Positions 13,401-25,095 of a stretch of DNA of 64,000 bases are shown here, in pieces. The notes under the pieces were generated by a model. It saw nothing but the letters and a program-made list of their open reading frames with translations. It made no database searches and was not told the DNA's origin. Within the stretch, counting starts at the first letter, position 1, and each line of letters starts with the position of its first letter. The position numbers and the translations under genes were made by a program. Source of the stretch: Rhynchobatus australiae (Eukaryota); assembly GCA_034780895.1 (NCBI GenBank), contig JAUZTB010000076.1, forward strand, positions 89,281,332 to 89,345,331, written 5' to 3'.

Positions 13401-16400
13401 AATCGCATCAGATGAAAGCAGGATATTAAGAAAGTAGGTTTGGGCCAAGTCCGCATGGACTTTTGGAAATAAATCTGTNNNNNNNNNNTAGGCTCTACAA
13501 TGGTCCGCACTCTGGGACAGATTGCTTTCCAAAATGCAGCCTGAAGCTATTTTTCTTGTCATATGCTGCTATGTAAGCTTTACATATACAACATAAATTG
13601 TTTTTTTTTACTTTCTGTTATTTTAATTATCGCCCAGTATTTTCAACATGTACCTGATAATAACCAGATGTGACCAGTGTACCATGAAGCATTGTGCTCC
13701 ATGCTACCTTCCACAGTGTGTGACAAATTTAGAAACATTGTGCAAACTAGGTCTTCTGGATAATGCTTCAGAGAACAAGTTCTATAACACATAAAGCAAT
13801 ACTTTGTGGGTAATTATACATCATGGCAATTTCCCAATTTTACCTTTCATCCAAAAATACTGTAACTTACTGGCATCCCATGATAGAATTGAAGGAATAC
13901 TAGAGCATTGAGCTTTGTATCATTCTTTTTTAAGGATGAGGTAAATTTAAAAGATTTTTAACTGAACTCATCTAATTAAGAAATGCACAATGAATTTGTT
14001 CCCTTTTTTTAGACTAAGACTAAACCTTTTTTTCCTGAAGGAATTTTGTTTGAAAAGTAAACACTTAGAATCTAGATTTACTATTTTTGAGTTCACAAGT
14101 CATGACTCAACCTTCAAAAGCAAGAACTCAAATACAGACAGCACCAGTCACCAAATAGATAACAGGCTTCTACAGAAAAAAATACTGTAAGACAAATGCT
14201 GCAGATTTTGGATCAATAGTTTTAATTTAATAAGGTACAATTGTGTACTCTCAGTTTAAAATATAAGGAAGCCTCAAAGAGAAATGGCCTATTATCCCTT
14301 TGAGGCTGCTCTTTTCAATACACCACATACAATTTGCACTACATAGAGTCTTTCTAACTTACTTAACTTCCTGAAAGTGAATAACCACGGGTAAAACCTC
14401 TATAGCCTGCAATGGCAATTAAACTAAACTAAAATATCAGTCTTGCAATAAGACATATATCATTCAATACAGAGCTGTATAATGAGATATAAGACCAGCA
14501 ACTGACCAGAATTTAGATTTTACTTTACAAGTTAATTAATTTCCAATAAATCTTTGCAAAATTAAAGACACAATTATGCAAGTTTGGTTTTTAAAAAATC
14601 ATTCTATTTTACTTCCCAGCTAAATTTTGAACTAAAAATTATATTGACTAGTGCCTTAAATGTAAAATATCCAACTTAAAAAGACTGGCACAGACTATTT
14701 TTATTTGTTACACCTACATGATTGCATTGTGACCTATTCTACATTTCAATTTTTTCCTTCACAAAATGTCATAAAAATAATTATGTTGTAAAAGATTATT
14801 AATAAGAAACAATGCCTTTGCTTTGACCTGTTCAGCCTGTAAAAACTGGATAACTCTGTAGCACTGATGGCAGAATATCTTCAATTCAAAAAGTAGCCAA
14901 GAAGCTGCAAACTGCACAGCAAGAAACATCCCGCTTTGGATAATAAACTGTTGCAAGTATGTGGTCTGTCTTACAAATGTCATATTGAAATTTCTTAATT
15001 TTGTGATCTACCCATGAAAGTTTAAAATAAAAAAAAACAAAGCACCAATCATCATGTGTGAATGTTTATATCTCTGAACAAGATCAGATCACAACAGAAA
15101 ATGGAAAACCAAACAAGCATGAAAATGAATACTGAGATATGGTGCAAACTTAGCGAGAAAAAACAATGACTAGGTTTGCTACCATGAAATAATATACAAG
15201 AGATTAAAAAAAGCAATCTGAGGAATAACTTTTGTAGCAAATTAAGTATTAAATGAACAAAGATGTAAAATGAACACAGTTTATGCAGACTGTTGTCTCC
15301 ACTGTGCTGTGAAAATTAGCAGCGGAACACCACTTTTTCAACAAAATACTTTCCATCATTGCAAGCTGCTCCACACCCCAGCTCCTTCTCCTTTAGACAT
15401 ACTTTGACAAAATAATAAAATAGAAATACACCACCACACAAGACAAACACTTTTATGCATATTTAAATGTACTGTCAACATTCAGATATCCTAAATATAA
15501 AATAAAACTCTCTGAAATATTCACCCAAACCCTTATCAAATTGGGAAGACAGTCAAATTAGAACATGTCACTACGTTTTTCAAAAAAAAAGTGCAGAAAC
15601 ACAAGGCAGATCCAGAAATGACTCCATTCAAAATCAGTTTTAATTTCAGGCTTTTAACAAATAATATCATTCTCTGATTAGAGTTCAAATAGAGTACCAC
15701 GTGTATCTATCTGTTTCAAAACCTTTCGGTTATGTAGTGAGGTCCACTCACTGTTTAAGTATGATATCACATGATAACTCCATGTGGAATTCTCCAGCTA
15801 ATATGCAAACACATTACTCGAGCAAAAGCTCTAAATATTTCACAAACCATCATCCTTCTTGCTCTGATTATAAAATTGTATTTGCAGTTCTGAAACTAAT
15901 ATTTACCACCTGATTCTTTTAAAATTTTATTTCTCAAAATAATATCTAAAATGGCATAAAATTTCTATAAAACAAACATTATAATATTGTTGGAAAGAAA
16001 AAAAATATATTTATATTTTATTATCACTATTCTAGTTAATAGTCAATTCCCATAAAAACTCCACAAAGTGTAAAATGCAAGGACTTTCAAAGCAGGGAAA
16101 CAAATTACAATGCAACAAATAATTTTAATAATATTTAGCCACTAGAATAAATAAAAAGTTTAATTATAATTTTACAGTTAACATATATATTCAACCAAAA
16201 AGCTAACATTCAAGACTAATCTAAATGTCTATGTGTGATCTCAGCTGCTAACTACATACTACCTATAATGGGGAAAATGTCTTAATTTTAGAGTTCCTTA
16301 CAACACAATTTTCTGGGGATTTTATAAAATAAAATAAATAAATAAGTGGGGAAAAAACAGAAAAAGAAAGAATGAAAGACCATTCATTTGGAATAAAATA

Positions 16401-18189
16401 ACTACTGGAAATAGAATAATGGAGTATATATAGTTAAGAGCCATTTGAAATTATTTGCTACCTGATATNNNNNNNNNNNNNNNNNNNNNNNNNNNNNNNN
16501 TATATTTTTACAAGGATTATTCTATGTTTTCCTTCAGCCATACATGGGCTGTATAAACTAGACTTCAGGTATTTTATATCAGTTTAAGCTTAAGGATTTT
16601 GCACAAAATCAGGAGGCTACAAATCCATACTTGTTCAATAACTCACTGGGAAAATAAATAGTAATTAAACCAAAACACATCTTATGAATTTATCCAATTA
16701 TCACTGAACAAAACTGTAACCACAAAGTCACAAGAAAACTTTTGGAATATGTGACAATGATGTATTTAAGTACACAGAAAAACTCTCATTAAAATTAACT
16801 AAAACCTTTATCACAACTCTAATTATCTTATATCACTAAAGTTATCATTGTGCATTATGTTAATAAAATTCATTGCGAGAGACATCCATTTCCCCTTGTG
16901 CGTTATTGTAATTTCTTCATTGTTAAAACACTATTGAGTATTCAAACATTCCATTATGTAGACACATTAGAAAAGTTGGAACTTCACTTCCAATAATCTA
17001 CAACTAGGATATACTCTGTCATACCAATCAAGAGATCCTATATACATTCAATTCCATGATCAGTGGATCTTAATAACCCTCTCTACTACATCGCATTATT
17101 CTACAAAGCAGAGCAAGTTGAAACATTGGAAAAGGTGAATAAAAATCAAGAAGACTTTAAGTTGTCTAATAAATATATTATAGGTACAAATTCTGACTCA
17201 AACCCCTGCTGACCTTCTTAAGGCACATGAGTTTTATTCTTGTGATTTATGTCATTATTAGAACTGTTAGATTGAACTATTCAATACCTAAAGCATATTA
17301 TGCAAATTCAATTCATGCTAAATGTTAAAACATTTTATTAACTGACATCACAGAATGAGGCCAACTTAAGTATATTTGCTCTGTAGACTTGTGTTTATCT
17401 TCTCTATACAACCCAGAAAAAAAAAGCTTTTGCAGGTACATTCCATGCAATGCAGCAATGATCATATGTTCTCTGAAAACACTATTGACTTTTATTTCTG
17501 AATAAGTACAACATGCCATGCCAGGATAGTAACTTCAATGAAGAATGGGCCATCGACTGGAGCAAGCTGCTGAAGGCCAAGTGTGAAATATACAGGGAGA
17601 GTGGGGAAGTTCAACAATCCAGGGACAAGTGTGAGAACAAGGCTAGAGACAAGAGTCAGATTGGGAGAAGAAACAGAGTTAGCTAGGCAGTGAACACTAC
17701 GGCCACAGTCAACTAATTCTCCCTTGTCCTATCAGCAAGACATGGAGACACATGACAGGGCCTGCCACTGGAGCAATGGGCAATGTGATGTCACATGGCA
17801 GTGCCAGCCAATGCAACAATGGGCAGCATGAGGTCATGTGGCATTCTCAGTAATTGCAACAGTGAGCAAGATGGGTCAAATTGTGGTGNNNNNNNNNNNN
17901 NNNNNNNNNNNNNNNNNNNNNNNNNNNNNNNNNNNNNNNNNNNNNNNNNNNNNNNNNNNNNNNNNNNNNNNNNNNNNNNNNNNNNNNNNNNNNNNNNNNN
18001 NNNNNNNNNNNNNNNNNNNNNNNNNNNNNNNNNNNNNNNNNNNNNNNNCTCAGGAATCTGCACTTTAGCTTACCTGCAGACCAAGGATTGGATTAGAGGT
18101 TTTTTTTTGTTCGGTGACTCTTTGGGGGTAAAAAATGGTGCACCGAAACAAAGTCTGGGAATCCAGTTCCAATTTATTAGCAACCCAGT

Positions 18190-18840
18190 TTTCCCTTATC
18201 TAGCCAACCTTTGCAAACAAGCGCTGAGGCTATATTGGGCAGTAATGGGCACCAATCAACGCCAAATGCAACCAGCGCAATCTTAGGGTGAGGGTGAGGG
18301 GGGGGGGAGTGAGCTTTGAGCACAAGGTCCACCGACCACCTTTCATTTAGTGCAACTTTTTTGCTGTTTCCTCCAGGTAGGTAAGAGACCTCAGCTCACG
18401 TGATCCTGGACGGATCAAATGTTTGTTGGAGGTTCACATCGAAGCCGAGGTCTGAAACCGGATCAGCCACATTCAGGAGCAGTGTGCCGCTTCTCACCCC
18501 AACCCAATGATAGCTGAGACCAGCGTGCAGGGGGAGAGCTCCTCACTCGCCCACATCCGAAGCCCGCCGCTCCAGACAGAAATTCAAGGGAAAACCGTGT
18601 GTGTTTACCAAATACCTCCCCGTCTGCTGGCGTTGTTGGGAAGAACACAACAGATTGTTTTTTTTTCCCCCCCAGTAGCAGCCAGAGAACAGATATTAAA
18701 AATACATATGGGGCGGGATGATCTGGAGGTGACACATCAGTAGTGTCACGGATCACTACTGAACACACAGAGACCAGGAGTCTTTCACGGAAAAAAAGAA
18801 AGCGAGGAGCGAGAGAGGGAGGGGCCACAGCCATCGCCTT
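18190..18840. promoter_or_regulatory. Second CpG-enriched intronic block with promoter motifs
   Basis: ATTGG 18234, CCAAT 18252 and 18504, GT/G boxes 18286-18308, E-box TCACGTGA 18396, plus-strand splice donors at 18377/18381. Confidence 0.4.
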
Positions 18841-19639
18841 TAAACTTTTCTCATGACCTGTTCTTATTTTTACATATAGTATATAAAAACTTTCCTTAAC
18901 AAACGCGCCCTCGTGAAATCGAAACCGCAGTTACAAATAAGCCTGATTTCTGCTGTGTGCAGAGTCAGGCAGAACATTAATAATTATTCGCTGTAGAAAA
19001 CGAGTATAAATCTTAATTTTCGAGGCAATTAACGTGTTGATTTCACTCATGGCCTCCGGCAATCCGTGTATTTTTTTTCGTAGATAGCTCTCATGTTCAG
19101 CGAGGTCTCGACCCTTAACCAGTAGACTCTTAACAGAGTGTATGTGGCGATTTAAAATTCACAGCGGCGCTCAAAACAGAATGCGGTCCAAAATGTACTT
19201 TTCTTTTCCCCTAAAGCAATCTAGCAACGCGAGCGGGTCCCAAATAACTCGTTTTTGAATAATGGTTATTTTCTCGTCATTTAGAAAGCCGCAGAAGAGT
19301 GTATTTCACTTTAAAGCAACGCATTTTTTTTTAGAAAGCTTCCAATTACCTTTCCGTCTAGTAAGATGGACTATAAGAAATGATTAGGCGTCCTAACACA
19401 TTCTAATTATATGGTTAGTCTGACCTGACCGTTCAATTCCCATGATTTAGTCTATTAAGCGCCAGAGCGAAGCCAGTTCCTAATTGTTTTAATCATCTTG
19501 CAGCGCGATATCAACCCACCTTTTTAAGCTGTTTTCTGAACTTTACTGTCTCACATCAGGAGCTCGATAAATAAACCCCTTGGAAAAGTAGGGCGTTCTA
19601 TTTAAGTACATGCAACCCTTTCCACACTGTGGAAAGTCA

Positions 19640-20420
19640 ACACATTCGCAAACAGTCCAGCAGAGTGGGGAGAAGGGCTGGGGCGGGGGGCGTTGGTGGC
19701 GTGGGTGCGCTCCCTCACGGAGGAGGGGTGGGGAAGGAATCAGAATCAAAATATGTATTAAATAAACCAGGGGGTCCGAAATGGCTGGGTGTGAGGGCGG
19801 CGAGCAGACCCATGCAGCTGGCTGCGTCTGACCACTGGGGCGGGCAGGCACTGAATTTGATGCATTCTCTGCGGTGGCTGCTGCCCCATCAGGGAGCCAA
19901 AGCCCGGGCGGCGGTGAACGTTGCAAATAGCCGCGTTCCCATGGCGCCGACTCTTTGCTGAGACTCTCGCCGGGTCCGCTGCGCCCTGGGCGGACCGGCA
20001 TTGCAACAGACCCCCGCCCCCTTCCCTTCGTTTCAGCGAAGCCGCCGTTGGGAAATGGAGGGGGGGGGGGTGGGGTGAAAAATATAAACGAGTCAGATCG
20101 GCTGCGGCGAGTCTTTCAGACCAAGTGTTTTTGTCTACTTTTATTTTGTTCGTGATTCTCGCTTCTCTTCGGGCGGCGAGTCTCGAACTTGCAAAGTGCG
20201 ATCTCTCTCTCTCTCTCTCTCTCTCTAATATATTGGAGCAGCGGCCCGCAAGCCGCCTGCATGAAGCGGCTCTGCGCGGCGAGGGGAGACCGGCAGAACC
20301 GCAGGGCGAAGAGGCAGGGGAGAAACTTCCCAACTCGTCCTCTCCACTCAGCCAGCTCGCTTTCCCTACAAAACAAAAAGCCGCGTCTCCTTCTCCATGC
20401 AGCCTCGAGCGTAACAATCG
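19640..20420. promoter_or_regulatory. Intronic CpG island near the start of intron 6
   Basis: Sharp rise in GC and CpG against AT-rich flanks, with G-runs and a CT microsatellite inside. Confidence 0.7.
20202..20226. repeat. (TC)n microsatellite
   Basis: Direct observation. Confidence 0.9.
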
Positions 20421-20687
20421 CGTCCCTTTTATTTTATTTAGCAAAACAAAAAGAAATTTAAAAAAATTAAAAGCGACAAGGAGGGGCTCAACTTTCCAGC
20501 CATCACTCTTGAAGGTATTCTGCCGCGTCCCTGACTGAGATCCATCCTTAATGAGCACATAGTAGGTACGGGGGAAAGATATTCATTTCCATGGGAATTC
20601 ATATAGCAGGGCTTGACAATAAGCGAATAATACTGCCATAGTATTGCCGTAGCAGGCATTCCAAATGCAAATCCAATGGTTCCATAC

Positions 20688-20840
20688 CTGATCTGTAATG
20701 TTAACAGAGGACGATCGAGTGATTTCCTCGCTGTCTGATTTCGAGCCGCCTTCTCTTTCATCAATAACCAAATCGATGGGCATTTTCCCTTTCAAGCAGC
20801 TTATATACCGATGGCAAAAATTGTCACATAATTCGTGTAC
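20688..20840 (-). CDS. MEIS1: MEIS1 coding exon 6 (153 bp)
   Basis: attgtag|GTA CAC...GAT CAG|gtatgg encodes [51 protein letters not shown]. Confidence 0.95.
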
Positions 20841-21758
20841 CTACAATTGGAGGGAGCGGAAAATAATAAGGCGAAAACATAAAGACCCAAATGGAAGTGA
20901 CAAGTGCACGTTCGGCCTATGACATGAGCTTCAAAATAGTTGGAAGCACTCGGGAACATTACAATTATCCTCCAGAGACATACGCATCAAGAATTTGGAA
21001 GAACTTCTGCAAAATAGAGATATCGCTGAAAATTGACAGTGACAAGATGATTCACAGCTACAACATATTCAACACCCGTGTTAAATTCATCTGCTCCCGG
21101 GTTGTGGCCATTAGAGGATTGACCTGCATGAGTGACATTTAAGGTAAACAGTTTAATTTCATCTAGTTATTTCATTATAACCTTTGAGGAACTCTGAACG
21201 CACAAAGGAGATGAGCAGAATTTGAATATGGCCCAGATGTCTATCACTAGAGAGCCCTCATATACACTGCCTGAGTCTTCAAAGAATTATATTTATTGTG
21301 GTGAGGCAGAGCAGATTTTAAGCATGGTAAAAATAAACACGCGGTGCTCACAGTTTCCGTCACACGTGTATGATATCTCCTTTTATATTTCATTAAAATA
21401 TTCCCCGTGGACTAATGGGACAAAATATTATGATTTGCCGTCTAATTAGTCATAATCGGCAGATTGTTTTCGCCTTTAGACTGTTTAAAATGTTTAACCT
21501 CAATAGGAAAAAGAGGATTTATGTTAAAAGATGATCAAAATTAAATCCCACCGCGAGATTAAAAATGAACAAAACGCCGGGGCGTTTGTGGTCAGGGTTT
21601 TAGTGGCATAAATTGTAATTAAACAGCAAGAGAAATGTGCGCCAGCATTGGCTTTGACACTAATTACAATGGGGCAGAAACCAAGACAGTTATGCAAATC
21701 TACTCGCACTAAGAACTACTTGGAACACACTCTTTTTAAAAAAAACATGAAAAAGTAC

Positions 21759-21809
21759 CTTCTCTAATTCCAAAAGGTGAAACCTTAATACTTGTATGGC
21801 TTGAATCAT
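21759..21809 (-). CDS. MEIS1: MEIS1 coding exon 5 (51 bp; HM2 region)
   Basis: tttgctttcag|ATG ATT CAA...GAG AAG|gtactt encodes MIQAIQVLRFHLLELEK, the conserved Meis/Hth segment. Confidence 0.96.
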
Positions 21810-22714
21810 CTGAAAGCAAAGGTGTACACATCCATTAGCGCCCAGGATACAAAAAAAAACGTTGATATTGTGTTTGCTAAGTCTACTAGTTGAACTGGCA
21901 AAAGCCTTAATATTCCAAAAACGTTTGTGTCTTTCTTTATGTGTTTGTGCGTTTGTCCATGTGCGTGTGTCTGTGTGTGCCGTTGGGGGCGGGGGGGGGG
22001 AGAGAGATTGTGGGNNNNNNNNNNNNNNNNNNNNNNNNNNNNNNNNNNNNNNNNNNNNNNNNNNNNNNNNNNNNNNNNNNNNNNNNNNNNNNNNNNNNNN
22101 NNNNNNNNNNNNNNGGGGGGGGCGGGGGGGGAGAGAGATTGTTGGGGGCGCACAGTAGTTAGGTGTGCCGTAAAAGCAGTAAAATATAATCATTGCCTAC
22201 TCATTTTTTTTCATCCCACATATGTACTGATTTTAACGTCAAAAGTTTACACCGAACGCACACACAGCTGTCAGAGAATACCACCAGGTACAAGTCCCAG
22301 ACATTCCCGACAAGCGTGCATGCATTTCCTATATCTGCACCCTCCCAACAATTATGTAAACTTTATTTTCTAAGGCACTGGAAGTCAGTTAAGGTTTGGG
22401 CAGCGCCTTACATTTTAAAAGCAGCTCTGAATTCTTTAGGTACATTCAGAGTCGATCGCGATTTATATTAGTGGACTTCGAGTTTCAGGGGAGGGTTGTT
22501 ATAAACCGGGGACTCGTTAGCGTTTTCCGTGACTTTGATAGAAACGGTCACAACCCCACACAGACACACACAAATAAATAAAAATCGCGCATCATCTTAA
22601 ATAGGGTGACAGCCGTACAATAACTAAACGCGATGGTTATCGCCTGTGACAGTCAACGCTATCATAAAATCAAAAGCACAGATTTGCAATGGATTGTAGC
22701 GATCATTGTCCTTG

Positions 22715-23183
22715 NNNNNNNNNNNNNNNNNNNNNNNNNNNNNNNNNNNNNNNNNNNNNNNNNNNNNNNNNNNNNNNNNNNNNNNNNNNNNNNNNNNNNN
22801 NNNNNNNNNNNNNNNNNNNNNNNNNNNNNNNNNNNNNNNNNNNNNNNNNNNNNNNNNNNNNNNNNNNNNNNNNNNNNNNNNNNNNNNNNNNNNNNNNNNN
22901 NNNNNNNNNNNNNNNNNNNNNNNNNNNNNNNNNNNNNNNNNNNNNNNNNNNNNNNNNNNNNNNNNNNNNNNNNNNNNNNNNNNNNNNNNNNNNNNNNNNN
23001 NNNNNNNNNNNNNNNNNNNNNNNNNNNNNNNNNNNNNNNNNNNNNNNNNNNNNNNNNNNNNNNNNNNNNNNNNNNNNNNNNNNNNNNNNNNNNNNNNNNN
23101 NNNNNNNNNNNNNNNNNNNNNNNNNNNNNNNNNNNNNNNNNNNNNNNNNNNNNNNNNNNNNNNNNNNNNNNNNNNNNNNNNNN
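22715..23183 (-). other. MEIS1: Assembly gap inferred to contain MEIS1 exon 4 (expected ~51 bp, IRAEKPLFSSNPELDNL-like)
   Basis: Exon 4 is not found in the called bases between exon 3 and exon 5. This 469-N gap is the largest unsequenced stretch there. Inference only. Confidence 0.6.
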
Positions 23184-23496
23184 CTCTTTAATATAAAGCA
23201 TATTTTTTTAACAATAAAGCTAAATTGACCATGTTTCCACTGGCATTTGCAGCCTCGGACTCAATATGCTCCGGTTACATCTAGTTTGTAGAATTGTTCA
23301 TTTCACTCTTTTATTCTGGGCAAGCGTTCTGAGGTAGTTCAATTTTGTTATGAATATGCAATATCTTTAATTATTTTGCTTATCGTGTGACAATTTTTTG
23401 TGTGTTTGGCTGTGAGTTTCAGAAGACATGCTGCCGTCCAGGGGAAACATTAGTTTAGCCACTTAAATTACTGGTAGTTGTTTTTAAACGGTCTTA

Positions 23497-23688
<192 letters not shown>

Positions 23689-24273
23689 TCAAAACAGTAT
23701 AAAAAGTAGAGGGAGAGTTTCTTTTATTTTCTCTTGTAAGCGAGTGGCAGAAACGACACGAAGAACTTCAGCATGAAATACTTGTTGATTTCTGGCTTTA
23801 CATAAATTACAGTCGTAAATGGTGGCAAAAATAGTTACTGGAGATTCACCGCAGCCCTTTCTCATCGCTGAAAATTTCAACAGTACCTTTCTAAACGTAT
23901 CGATTAACGCAAACAAAAATCACTGAAAATTTGGTAGTTAAATACCCCNNNNNNNNNNNNNNNNNNNNNNNNNNNNNNNNNNNNNNNNNNNNNNNNNNNN
24001 NNNNNNNNNNNNNNNNNNNNNNNNNNNNNNNNNNAACATTATCAGCGATGAGCCATTTTGTTATCTACAATTGCAAATTAAATTAAACCGACTCATTATT
24101 CGAAAACATCGGCTCCAAATATCTTCCATAAAAAAGAAACTAAATCTCAAAGACCTTTCAGGTCCACATGTTAATTAAAGTTTCTTCTAAATTAAAAAAA
24201 ATCGTGTCACACATCCTCTGCCGCAGATGAGAAATAATTTTAAGAACAATGATAAAATTTGCCAGCAACCCAC

Positions 24274-24500
24274 CCGTAAATGGAATCTTTATCTCTCTTT
24301 AATGCATCGTTTACTGAGGATCCCATGCTTGGCGGCATTGTATTAGCATGGTTTGTGTGCGGGTATTGGTGACTGTGTAACGGCGGCCCGTGATTGAGGT
24401 GGTGTACGGGCTGCATAGACCTGGGGGCGTGAGGATCACCATACATAGTAGTCGGTATCCCTACTCCATCCATACCACCGTAATGTGAGATTTCATCGTA
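24274..24500 (-). CDS. MEIS1: MEIS1 coding exon 2 (227 bp)
   Basis: CT-rich tract then gtgcag|TAC...; encodes [76 protein letters not shown]; ends GG|gtgggt. RSMQPVHH...HSHQY is the MEIS1 form, not MEIS2. Confidence 0.96.
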
Positions 24501-24750
24501 CTGCACGGCAACAAACAGAGAGAAAGAGAGAGAGAGAGAAAGAAAACGTAAGGGGNNNNNNNNNNCAAACTTAACACTACGAAACGCACCATACAACTTT
24601 ATTCTCGAAGTTCTTGACAGAACAGGGCACACAAAATTACGTGAACGGTTTGCAGAGCCAGTAAGTACCGCGCCGTGCTGTCGAAGCAACCCGCAACTCG
24701 GTTTCATCGCGTTTGGCAATTGTTTTACAAACTGCACCATAAATACTTAC

Positions 24751-24762
24751 CCTCTGCGCCAT
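24751..24762 (-). CDS. MEIS1: MEIS1 coding exon 1 (M-A-Q-R)
   Basis: Minus strand reads gcaggccg-ATG GCG CAG AGG-gtaagt: a 12-nt coding exon with a perfect donor. MAQR is the Meis1/2 N-terminus and joins in frame to exon 2. Confidence 0.95.
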
Positions 24763-25043
24763 CGGCCTGCCTCGAAGCCTTCTCTCTGTGGCACTTTTAG
24801 CTGTACTCTATGGGGCCAATATTAGAAAGGAATAAACACGCCACTCCAAAGCCAGATCAAGATCCTTGTAGTCCTTGTGGATGAGCAGCCCCAGAGTATT
24901 CGGCTTAACTTGGATGCACTCAAGGAAAATATTTCTAATCAGCGAAGATATATGTATATATATCGATATGTAGATATTGTTTTTCACCACAGCAACTCGG
25001 CGGATAGAGAATCTCGTCCCCCAAAAGCGAGCAAAAGCGCCCC

Positions 25044-25067
25044 TCAAACAAAACTGCCGAGTCTCAT
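25044..25067 (-). CDS. Upstream ORF, 7 codons (MRLGSFV*)
   Basis: gcc ATG AGA CTC GGC AGT TTT GTT TGA. It is the only ATG on the minus strand between 25140 and the MEIS1 start. Translation is not demonstrated. Confidence 0.6.
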   Translation of the reverse strand: MRLGSFV

Positions 25068-25085
25068 GGCTTTTTGCCACTCTAG

Positions 25086-25095
25086 CTGTCAATCA
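25086..25095 (-). promoter_or_regulatory. PBX-MEIS/PREP decamer TGATTGACAG
   Basis: Exact match (plus strand ctgtcaatca) within the MEIS1 leader. Confidence 0.7.

Larger units (their letters stand above)
1..20687 (-). other. MEIS1: MEIS1 intron 6 (>20 kb, probably runs off the left edge)
   Basis: No exon-7 peptide (PSWNRDHDD...GDNSSEQ type) was found on the minus strand in called bases. Vertebrate Meis1 has a large intron 6. Exon 7 hidden in an N gap cannot be excluded. Confidence 0.75.

Noticed and set aside
17795-17888. Peptide NSEQ resembling MEIS1 exon 7 (GDNSSEQG)
   Set aside because: It is on the wrong strand and the surrounding residues do not match; chance.
19543-20558. Long ORFs (152-266 aa) on both strands
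   Set aside because: Stop-codon depletion in a CpG island with microsatellite-derived residues; no recognisable domain.
24501-24740. N-terminal extension (MVQFVKQL...) in ORF 24240..24740
   Set aside because: It is intron 1 sequence read through a 10-N gap of uncertain length. The true start is the MAQR exon with a perfect donor.
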